From Candidatus Aenigmatarchaeota archaeon (GTDB taxonomy: Archaea > Aenigmatarchaeota > Aenigmatarchaeia > QMZP01 > JAFGSV01), in assembly GCA_016931255.1 (NCBI GenBank), contig JAFGFG010000005.1, positions 7,053 through 71,052 on the forward strand: a DNA stretch of 64,000 bases, written 5' to 3'. The position numbers were made by a program, and so were the translations under genes. This document shows, in pieces, positions 50,139 through 59,406 of the stretch. The notes under the pieces are model-generated. The model had not been told where the DNA came from, did no database searches, and saw only the letters and a list, made by a program, of their open reading frames with translations. Each line of letters begins with the position of its first letter. Positions within the stretch are counted from its first letter, which is position 1.

Positions 50139-51395
50139 ATGAGCCCGCTTATAGACCTGGCACTTCTGCTGTTCGGCGCCAAGCTGGGCGGAATACTCTT
50201 CAGCAAGATAAAGCAGCCCAGCATAGTCGGGGAGCTGATAGCGGGAATAATTTTAGGCCCATCGCTTCTCGCGATAGTCAACACTTCAAGCCTTGTCACA
50301 TCAGTTGCTGACCTTGGCCTCCTCTTCCTCATACTCCTCGTGAGCCTTACCATAGACTGGAAGAACCTCGAGGGCGGAACCGAGAGATATTCATGGATTG
50401 AGGTGACGAGGGCGGCGCTGGTCATAGTCCTGGTGTACGTGCTCTCGACCATATTTTCATGGGATATATACACATTCCTTACCATAGCCTTTGTTGCTGT
50501 CCTTTCGAGCACGGCCATAGTGTCACGGACGCTTGCTGACATGAAGAAGATGGACAGTCCTGAAGGGCAGAGCCTCATAGGGTTAGAGGTTGTCGACACA
50601 GTTTTCGGCATAATATGCGTTGCCATCCTGGCCAACATGCTCGGCGGGGAGATGATAACAGCAGAGCCCATACTCACCACTATATTCGTCATAGTCGGCA
50701 TCTTCGTGGTCATGGGAAGGGTCGGCTTCAGGATGGTCAATCGGCTCACAAATTCCATCCAGAAATACGGTGTTGAGGAAGCGCTGCTCGGATTCACGCT
50801 GCTTCTTGCATTCCTTCTTGGAAGCCTTACTGAGGGGCTCAAGCTCGAATCCATCCTCGGCGTCTTCATAGCGGGGATGATACTCAGCAGGAGCCCACAG
50901 CTTCCGATAATAGCCGGAAAGGTGAAGGACATAGGCGAGAGCTTCTTCATACCGATATTCTTCGCGTCAGTCGGGCTCACCATAAACATAATGTCTGCAT
51001 CCGGGAACTTCCTTCTGATGGCAGGAATGATAGTCGCCATCGTGCTTGTGAAGGTGGTCTCCTCCATGATAGCGCTCAGGCTTTTCAGCTACAGCACGCA
51101 GCAGTCGCTGAGGATAAGCTCGGGACTTGCAACACTCTCGGAGATGACCATAGTGATAGTGGCGCTGGCCTCTTCCAGGATAGACCAGAGCATATTCATC
51201 AGCCTGATAGTCTCGTACCTGATAATAAACGCTGTCTCCCCCATAGTCATGAACATGGCTTTCAGGCACGATTTTGATGTCAAGGCCCGCATGCTGAATC
51301 CCATGACTTATCGCAACGGCGGGAATGACGCAAGGAAGTACCATGCAAAGGTATACAACCGGAAGAAGAAAGTCTACAGTTATAAAACCAAATAG
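50139..51395 (+). CDS. cation:proton antiporter (CPA2)
   Basis: QPSIVGELIAGIILGP, LSSTAI, FFIPIFF. Confidence 0.9.
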   Translation: MSPLIDLALLLFGAKLGGILFSKIKQPSIVGELIAGIILGPSLLAIVNTSSLVTSVADLGLLFLILLVSLTIDWKNLEGGTERYSWIEVTRAALVIVLVYVLSTIFSWDIYTFLTIAFVAVLSSTAIVSRTLADMKKMDSPEGQSLIGLEVVDTVFGIICVAILANMLGGEMITAEPILTTIFVIVGIFVVMGRVGFRMVNRLTNSIQKYGVEEALLGFTLLLAFLLGSLTEGLKLESILGVFIAGMILSRSPQLPIIAGKVKDIGESFFIPIFFASVGLTINIMSASGNFLLMAGMIVAIVLVKVVSSMIALRLFSYSTQQSLRISSGLATLSEMTIVIVALASSRIDQSIFISLIVSYLIINAVSPIVMNMAFRHDFDVKARMLNPMTYRNGGNDARKYHAKVYNRKKKVYSYKTK

Positions 51396-51965
51396 CTACT
51401 TTCCCCGGTATATCCTGTATGCGGACATTATCGCGACTGCGGAAAAAATCACTATTGCAACTACATGAAAATACGGAATCTGCATGGTCTGGGCTGCGGT
51501 ATTGATTGCAGCATCAGCGGCTTTCGGCGCACTCCCTGCGAGGGTTTCCGCGCTTTCGGCAACAGGCGCTCTCAGCATGTCCATTGACTGGTATGTTCCT
51601 GACGCGAAAGACGGTACATTGACCGCGTTTCTCAGCATGTCGCCTATTGACACTATGATTGCAAGAATGGAAACGGAGAGCAGTATCCATATCTTCGTGT
51701 CTGAAGGATTGAGAATGTTCTCGCCTTTCCTTGTGAGCTCGTAGTACTTCCATTTGTGGCCGTCGTCTATCATCTTCACAAGCCCTGCGCTCGTGAGGCT
51801 TTCCATGTGCTCCTTGACAGTCGATGGAGACATTCCGAGCTGCTTGGAAAGCTCTGTGAGCATCTTCCTTCTCTTTCCAAGGCTCTTGATTATGCTCACG
51901 CGCGTATCGGATGCTAGCGCCCTGAATGCCTCCCTGTCGAGCGTTATCTTGTCTTCCTCTATCAT
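51396..51965 (-). CDS. ArsR-type wHTH regulator with two TM helices
   Basis: FRALASDTR..TVKEH..L..AGLV..KWKYYELT. Confidence 0.85.
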   Translation of the reverse strand: MIEEDKITLDREAFRALASDTRVSIIKSLGKRRKMLTELSKQLGMSPSTVKEHMESLTSAGLVKMIDDGHKWKYYELTRKGENILNPSDTKIWILLSVSILAIIVSIGDMLRNAVNVPSFASGTYQSMDMLRAPVAESAETLAGSAPKAADAAINTAAQTMQIPYFHVVAIVIFSAVAIMSAYRIYRGK

Positions 51966-52079
51966 AATGCACCGTAGCCTGTACTTCCCACCAAGTAAAT
52001 CATTAATGTTACGATTAAAATGTATGACGATAGCATGGCAATGACTTTCCTGTCCATGAATGAGAATTGGATGGTAATA

Positions 52080-54794
52080 TTAACCCGCTTTCGTTTTGTT
52101 TCGGTTTTTGCCTAAATGTTCCAGCTCGAGCTCTGCGTAGCAGTCATCGTCATTTGCTGTTATTTTGAATCCTCTTTTTTCAAACATCTTTCTCATTATG
52201 TGATTCTCTTTCATGAAATTGGCGTAGACTTTCTTTATGCCGCGCTTTCTGGCTATTTCGAGTATGTAGTCCGTGAACCTGTCACCGAGCCCCAGATTCT
52301 GCCACGGGTCTGCGACCACTATGGCGAATTCAGCAGTCTCGTTGTAAGGGTCAGCGATGAGTCTTACCACCCCGGCCATCTTCTTCCTTCCCCTCTCTTC
52401 GATTTCGGCTATTATGGCGATTTCCCTGTCGTAGTCTATCTGGGTGTACCTGATGAGCATGTCGTGGGTTATGTCCTTTATGAGCTCGAAGAACCTGAAG
52501 CGCTGCGTCTGCTCCGAGAACTTGGTGAACATCTCGCCCTCCATGTGCTCGTCCTCCGGCCTTATGGGCCTGAGGATTGCGGTCCTTCCGTCATTCATCT
52601 TGAATTCGGTGACGTATTCCTTCGGGTACGGTGATATGACCATGTGGCCGTAAGCATTCCTGTCTTTCCTGCACTCCTCGATGACAATCTTGGCGTCGAG
52701 CACCACTCCGCCCTTCTCGTCTATTCCGAACGGGTTTATGTCTATCTCCTTTATTTCAGGGAAGTCCTGGAGCAGGTAGGCGAACTTGTAAAGCAGGAAT
52801 TCCAGGGTGCTTATGTCGACACCCTTCATGCCCCTGTAGCCCCTGAGAAGATTGTATATTTTGGTCTCCTCTATCAGCCTCTTTGCAAGCATCATGTTGA
52901 GCGGCGGCAGTCCTACATTCGTGTCCTTGAAGACCTCGACAGCCACGCCTCCCATCCCGAAAAGTATGGCCGGCCCGAAAATGGTGTCCCTCTTGCTTCC
53001 TATCAGTAGCTCGTATTTCTTTGAGATCATCTGTTCAACGAAAACTCCCCTTATGTCAGCCTTGGGTACGTGCTTTTTCGCGGATTTAATTATATCATTG
53101 AATGCATCGGATACGTCCTTTTCGTTCATTATGTTAAGCTTTACTCCTCCCACATCCGTCTTGTGGAGTATGTCCGGCGAGAGAATCTTCATGACCACAG
53201 GGAACCCTATGTCCGAAGCCATCTTACGGGCTTCCTTAGCGGTCCTGGCAACCCCGCTCTTCGTTACAGGTATCTCGTAATTGGAAAGGAATTCCTTGGC
53301 CTCCTGCTCGGTGAGCGTCTTCCTGCCATCGTCAAACACACTTTGTATTATCTTCCTGTTCTCTTCTGTTTTCGGCTTTATCGCATGCGGTATGGTTGCC
53401 GGAGTCTCGTAGAGGAGCTCTATGTTCCTTGCGTACCTGTGCATGTACATGAACGACTTCACTGCGTGTTCCGGTGTCTCGTAAACAGGGATATTCGATT
53501 TCTTGAGTATGTCCTTCGCATCCATGACATCCCTTCCTCCCATCCATGATGCGAGCATGGTCTTCTTCTTGAGCTTGTTGAGTTCTCCTATCTCCCTGGC
53601 TATTCCGTCCGCATCAGTCATCGCCTGCGGGGTGAGCATTACCAGTATGCCGTCAACGTTCCTGTCTTCCATGCATACATCTATTGCTAACCTGAATCTG
53701 TCGGGTCCTGCATCTCCAAGCACGTCTATCGGATTGGAGAAGTTGCACATAGGCGGAAGCGCGTTCCTGAGCTTCTTTTCAGAATCCCTGCTGAAACTGG
53801 CCATCTCCCCTCCCAGTGATGAGAGCGCGTCCGTGGCTATCACGCCGGGTCCCCCCGCGTTCGTGACTATCGCCAGCCTCTTGCCCTTTGGTCTTCTCTG
53901 CATCGAGAGCGTCTGGGCGCAGTCGAAGAGTTCGCCTATCTCGTTGACCCTGACTATGCCGGCCCTCCTGAAGGCTGCATCGAATACGTAGTCGTTGCCT
54001 GCCAGCGCGCCTGTGTGAGATTTTGCAGCCTTGGCACCGGCTTCGCTCTTTCCGGACTTCAGTACGACTATCGGCTTGTTCCTCGCGAACGAACGGGCGG
54101 CGCTGAGAAACTTTCTTGCATCCTTGAGCGACTCCATGTATATCACGATACTGGAGGTTTCCGGATCGCTTCCGAAGTAGTCTATCAGGTCATGGAAGCT
54201 CACGTCTATCATCGAGCCTATCGAGACGAAGTAGCTGAATCCAACGTTCTGGTTCACTGACCAGTCGAGCATGGCTGTTCCAAGCGCTCCGCTCTGGGAA
54301 ATGAATGCTATCCTTCCCTTCTTTGGTATCTTGCTTCCGAAAGTTGCATTAAGATTTATGGAAGGTTTTATGAGCCCCAGACAGTTCGGGCCTATTATCC
54401 TCATGCCGTACTTCCTGGCGGTCCTGAGCATGCCGTCAGCAGCTTTCTCGCCTTCTTCCCCCATCTCGCTGAAACCGGCTGATGTTATGACTATGCCGGA
54501 GACGCCGCATTTTCCGCATTCCTCGACTATGCCGGGGACAGTTGGCGCAGGGGTCGCTATGACAGCGAGGTCGACCTTGTCCGGTATGTCTTTTATGCTT
54601 GGATATGCCTTGACCCCCTGGACGCCTTCCCTCTTCGGGTTGACAGGGTAGACTATGCCGTCGAAGTCATTGCCTATGAGGTTCCTGAAAATAGCATAAC
54701 CGACGCTGTTCTTGTTGTTGGTCGCTCCCACGACAGCTACGACCTTGGGGTTGAACATTTTGTCGAGCTTCTCTCTTGTCATCTGAAAAACCAT
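52080..54794 (-). CDS. acyl-CoA synthetase (NDP-forming) alpha-beta fused to GNAT (Pat/PatZ architecture)
   Basis: GPNCLG, SQSGA, SHTGALAG, NPID, HKTDVGGV, DINP; C-terminal GNAT (IDYDREIA, WQNLGLG). Confidence 0.92.
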   Translation of the reverse strand: MVFQMTREKLDKMFNPKVVAVVGATNNKNSVGYAIFRNLIGNDFDGIVYPVNPKREGVQGVKAYPSIKDIPDKVDLAVIATPAPTVPGIVEECGKCGVSGIVITSAGFSEMGEEGEKAADGMLRTARKYGMRIIGPNCLGLIKPSINLNATFGSKIPKKGRIAFISQSGALGTAMLDWSVNQNVGFSYFVSIGSMIDVSFHDLIDYFGSDPETSSIVIYMESLKDARKFLSAARSFARNKPIVVLKSGKSEAGAKAAKSHTGALAGNDYVFDAAFRRAGIVRVNEIGELFDCAQTLSMQRRPKGKRLAIVTNAGGPGVIATDALSSLGGEMASFSRDSEKKLRNALPPMCNFSNPIDVLGDAGPDRFRLAIDVCMEDRNVDGILVMLTPQAMTDADGIAREIGELNKLKKKTMLASWMGGRDVMDAKDILKKSNIPVYETPEHAVKSFMYMHRYARNIELLYETPATIPHAIKPKTEENRKIIQSVFDDGRKTLTEQEAKEFLSNYEIPVTKSGVARTAKEARKMASDIGFPVVMKILSPDILHKTDVGGVKLNIMNEKDVSDAFNDIIKSAKKHVPKADIRGVFVEQMISKKYELLIGSKRDTIFGPAILFGMGGVAVEVFKDTNVGLPPLNMMLAKRLIEETKIYNLLRGYRGMKGVDISTLEFLLYKFAYLLQDFPEIKEIDINPFGIDEKGGVVLDAKIVIEECRKDRNAYGHMVISPYPKEYVTEFKMNDGRTAILRPIRPEDEHMEGEMFTKFSEQTQRFRFFELIKDITHDMLIRYTQIDYDREIAIIAEIEERGRKKMAGVVRLIADPYNETAEFAIVVADPWQNLGLGDRFTDYILEIARKRGIKKVYANFMKENHIMRKMFEKRGFKITANDDDCYAELELEHLGKNRNKTKAG

Positions 54795-54839
54795 TTAAAA
54801 TCGATAAAATAACATTGTATGAGAGCTTATTTAAGTGAT

Positions 54840-56207
54840 TTATGTGTCAGATGTTTTTCCTTCCCATTTCCTTAGCCAGAAGCCGCTCCTGAGGAAAATC
54901 ATGAACACAACGAATCCAAGAACGTTGCCGATTGGGAATCCCCACCATATGCCGCTAATGCCCATTCCGCCGACGAGCCAGTATGCCACGGACAGTGTCA
55001 CGGACCATCTGAATATGTTGATGAGCATCTGGAGCGTGGTCCTTCCGGCTGCCTGGAATGCAGCTCCGGTGATGAAGACGAGTCCCATGAATATATAGCC
55101 AAGAGATATTATCTGGAAGTATTCAGTGCCTATGGAGAGCACTTCTGCGTCAGATGTGAATGGCGAGAACAGGACCTGCGGCGCGAAATACCAAATGGAC
55201 ATTATGAGCAGCATGAAGAGAATCGCAGCATATGATGTCAGAGATACGCATTTCTTAACGCGGTTCATCTTACCTGCCCCGATGTTCTGCCCGATGAACG
55301 GCACAACGGCGTTGCCGAGGCCGACCAGCGGCATTATCGCCAGCGATTCGAGTCTTATGCCAACACCAAATGCTGCCAGTGCACCAACACCGAACGTACC
55401 CACAAGACTCGTAAGCAGTATCATGCCTATGCTGTTTATGGACTGGCTTAACGATGACGGCCAACCTATCATGAATATCCTTTTGAGTATCGATGGGGTG
55501 AAGCAGAAGCATCTGGGCTCTATCCTGACTGCGGACTTTCCTCTCAGGAGATGCGAGACGTTGAGTGATGCGCCCAATGACCTCGATATTATGGTTGCCC
55601 ACCCGGCACCGACAAGCCCCATCGCAGGTACCGGCCCGAAGCCAAAGATGAATATGGGGTCAAGTATTATGTTCGCTATAACGGATACAGCGAGGTTCCT
55701 TGTAGGCGTCTTTGAGTCACCACCGGCCTGTATTATGCCCTGTGAAAGGAACCCTATGAAAAGGAACATGAACCCCACGAATATGAGGTTGGCATAAGCG
55801 ACCGTCATCTGGAGGATTTCTCCGTGAACGCCCATGAATTCGAAGAGCGGCGGCGAGAACATTATGCCGAATACTGCCACCGCGATGCCGACCAGCACGG
55901 CTGCAAGCAGCGAGTGCTCCGCTATGTTGGATGCATCATCATGCTTCCTGGCACCGAGTGCCTGCGACACGAGCGCGGTTGTTCCGACTGCAAGTCCTAC
56001 TGCAATGGCTATGAATATGAATACCACAGGGAATGTCACGCTTATCGCAGCAAGCTGCTCGGAGCCGAGCATGCCCACGTAGAACGTGTCTATTATGTTG
56101 AATGCAGTCTGAAGGAACATGCCGAGGACTATGGGCGCAGCCAGGAAAAATATAGTCCTGCCTATCGGACCTTTGGCCAGGTCCTTTCCGCGTCTGTCTC
56201 CGTTCAT
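54840..56207 (-). CDS. MATE-family efflux transporter
   Basis: NIIDTFYVG, NIILDPIFI, GQNIGAG; GAGGTG RBS. Confidence 0.92.
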   Translation of the reverse strand: MNGDRRGKDLAKGPIGRTIFFLAAPIVLGMFLQTAFNIIDTFYVGMLGSEQLAAISVTFPVVFIFIAIAVGLAVGTTALVSQALGARKHDDASNIAEHSLLAAVLVGIAVAVFGIMFSPPLFEFMGVHGEILQMTVAYANLIFVGFMFLFIGFLSQGIIQAGGDSKTPTRNLAVSVIANIILDPIFIFGFGPVPAMGLVGAGWATIISRSLGASLNVSHLLRGKSAVRIEPRCFCFTPSILKRIFMIGWPSSLSQSINSIGMILLTSLVGTFGVGALAAFGVGIRLESLAIMPLVGLGNAVVPFIGQNIGAGKMNRVKKCVSLTSYAAILFMLLIMSIWYFAPQVLFSPFTSDAEVLSIGTEYFQIISLGYIFMGLVFITGAAFQAAGRTTLQMLINIFRWSVTLSVAYWLVGGMGISGIWWGFPIGNVLGFVVFMIFLRSGFWLRKWEGKTSDT

Positions 56208-56294
56208 AAAAACACCTCTATAGTGAGGTTGAGTCCTTATAAACATTCAAATCATCCGGTGCTATTTAAGAGGACTGAACACAAAAAGAATGAA

Positions 56295-56891
56295 ATGGAC
56301 GTCATTGCATTTCTCATAGTGAACTGGTACAGCTATATACTGATACCAATCCTCATATTCGCCGCAAGGATAGTGGATGTCAGCATCGGCACCATACGTG
56401 TCATATTCATTTCGAGAGGGCTGAAGTTCCTTGCCCCTCTACTTGGTTTCTTCGAGGTGCTTATCTGGCTCATAGCCATACAGAACATACTCGCCAACCT
56501 TACGAACGTTTTCTGCTATCTTGGATATGCAGGCGGATTTGCCACAGGAACGTACATAGGCATACTTCTGGAAGAGAAGATATCCATGGGCAAGGTCATA
56601 ATAAGGATAATAACAGGGAAGGACGCAAGCGCGCTTCTCGATGCGCTCAAGAATGCTAGGTGCACAGTGACCAGCACGGGAGCGGAAGGCCCGGACGGCA
56701 ACGTCAAGCTAATACTTTCGGTATTCGACAGGCAGGACCTACACAAGGTGATAAAGCTCATAAAGAAGCACAATCCCACGGCATTTTATTCGGTGGAAGA
56801 CGTCAGGCTGGCGAGCGATATCGTGAAGGATTCTGCCCATAACAAGAAGACATTCAGGCGCCACTTCATGAAGCATGCCGTGAGGAAGTAA
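56295..56891 (+). CDS. DUF2179/DUF5698 membrane protein
   Basis: RIVDVSIGTIR, GFFEV, YAGGFATG, P.AFYSVEDVR. Confidence 0.85.
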   Translation: MDVIAFLIVNWYSYILIPILIFAARIVDVSIGTIRVIFISRGLKFLAPLLGFFEVLIWLIAIQNILANLTNVFCYLGYAGGFATGTYIGILLEEKISMGKVIIRIITGKDASALLDALKNARCTVTSTGAEGPDGNVKLILSVFDRQDLHKVIKLIKKHNPTAFYSVEDVRLASDIVKDSAHNKKTFRRHFMKHAVRK

Positions 56892-58136
56892 TCAGTCCCT
56901 GAAGCAGTACTGCGTCTCCTGAAAAGGCTTCCTGAATTCCACGACTTCCTTCGCAACCTCTTCCGGCTGCTTCCCTTCAATGACGACCTTCTTCATGAGT
57001 GCCGCTATTTCCTTCATCTCGGGCTCCTTCATACCAATCCTTGTCATTTCCTGGACTCCTATTCTCAGTCCTGACGGATCCGATGCGCTCCTGTCAGCGT
57101 CGCATGCCAGGAGGTTCTTGTTCAGGACGATGTTCGCGTTCTCAAGCTTCACGGCCACGTCCGTTCCGCCTCCGTTCTTCTCCACATTGATGAGTATCTG
57201 GTGGGACTTCGTGAATCCCTTTTCCTCTGCAAGCGTGTCGAACCCGAGTTCGTACGTCGCCTGCCCGAGGGCCTGCGCATTGATGACCACCTGCGCCGCG
57301 TACTCCTTTCCGTACTCCATCATCTCGTGGATGGTTATGGCCATCGCCGGTATCCTGTGAAGGTGATGGTTCGATATCAGCCCCGGGAAGACCTTGGACT
57401 GTAGCTTCTTCCACATCTCGTCGCTGGTATTGCCCAGAATGAGCCCTCCCTGCGGACCGGGAAATGTCTTGTGGGTGGACGATGTCATCAGCTCGGCACC
57501 CTCCTTCATCGGGTCCTGGAACTGCTTCCCTGCTATCAGCCCGAGAACGTGCGCTGCATCGTAGAGCAGCTTCGCTCCTATGTCATCGCAGACCTCCCGG
57601 ACTTCCTTCACAGGATGGGGAAAAAGTATGACCGAGCCGCCAAGTGTCACCACGTTCGGCTTTATGTCGCGTATCTTCTTCAGTGTGGCGTCAGTGTCTA
57701 TGTTGTATTCCTTCTCATCGAAGACAGCGTGCTCCACCCTGTAGCCGAGTATGCCCGCGATGCCGAATGACTCATGCGAGATGTGAGAGCCGCCCATGAG
57801 CCCCGGACTCATCAGTATGTCGCCGTGACCGCCCAGTGCAGCAAATGCCGCCATGTTGGAAGTTCCTCCTGAAAGTACCCTCAGCTCTGCCTGCCTGACG
57901 CCGAACAGCTTTCTGGTCATCTCGGTTGTCTTGTCTTCTATGGGGTCGATGTACTTCGCTCCCTGGTAATACCTCTTGTAAGGGGAGCCTTCAGCATAAC
58001 GGTGCATGAAATCGGACATGTACACTTTTTCAGCAGCCTCGGACATCCGGTTCTCGCTGGCTATCATGTTTATGCATTCCTTCATGCGCCACTGGTTCTG
58101 TTTTTCAACCAGTTCAAATACTTCTTTCATTTCCAT
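56892..58136 (-). CDS. glyA: serine hydroxymethyltransferase
   Basis: IASEN, YAEG, DAAH, STHKTFPGPQGG. Confidence 0.96.
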   Translation of the reverse strand: MEMKEVFELVEKQNQWRMKECINMIASENRMSEAAEKVYMSDFMHRYAEGSPYKRYYQGAKYIDPIEDKTTEMTRKLFGVRQAELRVLSGGTSNMAAFAALGGHGDILMSPGLMGGSHISHESFGIAGILGYRVEHAVFDEKEYNIDTDATLKKIRDIKPNVVTLGGSVILFPHPVKEVREVCDDIGAKLLYDAAHVLGLIAGKQFQDPMKEGAELMTSSTHKTFPGPQGGLILGNTSDEMWKKLQSKVFPGLISNHHLHRIPAMAITIHEMMEYGKEYAAQVVINAQALGQATYELGFDTLAEEKGFTKSHQILINVEKNGGGTDVAVKLENANIVLNKNLLACDADRSASDPSGLRIGVQEMTRIGMKEPEMKEIAALMKKVVIEGKQPEEVAKEVVEFRKPFQETQYCFRD

Positions 58137-58140
58137 AAAA

Positions 58141-59013
58141 TCACTTCCTTAATTTCAGCATTACCGGAAGGTCAATGTCCACTTCCCCGCCTACGGCTTC
58201 ATTGACTTCCTTCTTGACATCATCCGGGACAATACGGCCAAGTGCTTCTGTCAGGTCAATGCTTAGCCATTCCCCGTCTTTCATGTTGTTGAATTCTTCC
58301 CTGTGCTTTTCAGCAGCTTCATTCATCTTCGCTATCAGGCTGTCGGCATCCGGCCTGCACTTGCCCTTTCCACGGCCACGGCACTTGCCTTCAGAAATGC
58401 AGTGCGGCCCGGCTCCGCTGAACAGCTTCGGCGCTGTCATCATTCCCATTGCGTAAAGCGCGTATGCGACTATCCTTATCTCCCACTGCGCGTCAAAGCA
58501 GCATCTCTGCGCCATAACGTGCATCAGCTCCTCAGCGTTCATGGCTGTTGTCAGGTGGGTCTTGACCCCTATGGGAAGCGCGAACCTTGCGTCTTCCGCG
58601 GGCACCCCCTTCTTAACGAGCGATTCGTATGTCTTTGCGGCGTTGAGCTGGCTCTTCACGTATTCGGTCACCGCTGGTGCGCCTTTTCCGGATATCTCCG
58701 GCGGAACCTGGAACCATGAATAGTTTTCCGTGGAAATCTTGGTGTATCTCAGGCTCTGCTGCATGTGCGCGGCTATCCTGTACCTGACCCACTGGTGGGT
58801 GAATGCGCGTGACACATCCTTCACTGAGAACACGAAGAACGGTATGTCAAGCACGGAGCTGAGCCTCATGTCCTTCGCGTACTTGAGCATGGCGTCGACC
58901 TGCCCGTCCGTGACATCATATTCTGCGCCTGCCTGCTCGGTGGTGGTAGCCCATGCAGCGCCTCCGAGCGTCTTCTCAGGGTTCCTGAGATAGTTCATCA
59001 GAAGGATTTCCAT
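58141..59013 (-). CDS. thyX: FAD-dependent thymidylate synthase
   Basis: VSRAFTHQWVRYR..QQSLRY, EDARFALP, AQWEIR. Confidence 0.9.
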   Translation of the reverse strand: MEILLMNYLRNPEKTLGGAAWATTTEQAGAEYDVTDGQVDAMLKYAKDMRLSSVLDIPFFVFSVKDVSRAFTHQWVRYRIAAHMQQSLRYTKISTENYSWFQVPPEISGKGAPAVTEYVKSQLNAAKTYESLVKKGVPAEDARFALPIGVKTHLTTAMNAEELMHVMAQRCCFDAQWEIRIVAYALYAMGMMTAPKLFSGAGPHCISEGKCRGRGKGKCRPDADSLIAKMNEAAEKHREEFNNMKDGEWLSIDLTEALGRIVPDDVKKEVNEAVGGEVDIDLPVMLKLRK

Positions 59014-59109
59014 ACAACAATACTGCCATCGTGATATAAAAAATTTCCAGCTTCCCCGATGCTTTTTTAAGTGCATCAATCTTATACATAACCAGATAAG
59101 GAGTTTAGT

Positions 59110-59268
59110 ATGTCATTCGAAGGAAGGGATAACTTCAAGAGAGAGTTCCACAAAGCAACATGTTCAGACTGTGGTAACGAATGTGAAGTGCCATTCAAGC
59201 CAAGTGAAGACAGGCCTGTTTACTGCAGAGACTGCTTCCAGAAGCACAAGAAGCCCAGGAAGTTCTAA
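59110..59268 (+). CDS. CxxC-x17-CxxC small protein (not in ORF track)
   Basis: ATCSDCGNECEVPFKP..DRPVYCRDCF. Confidence 0.9.
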   Translation: MSFEGRDNFKREFHKATCSDCGNECEVPFKPSEDRPVYCRDCFQKHKKPRKF

Positions 59269-59406
59269 GTTATTCCTAGTTTAGTGCACTTAATATTTTT
59301 CATATTCTATTTAATTTCAACACCGGGACACGTCTATAAATCCGGACTTTACAATAATTAATTAAATAAAAACAGGCTGGGACATATAATTCCAATAGTG
59401 GTTAAG

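Noticed and set aside
49820-51067. 415-aa antisense ORF and other long shadow ORFs
   Set aside because: These lie opposite well-supported genes and have no motifs of their own.
55824-56294. N-terminal extension of the DUF2179 ORF
   Set aside because: It overlaps the MATE gene on the opposite strand; ATG 56295 gives the expected protein.
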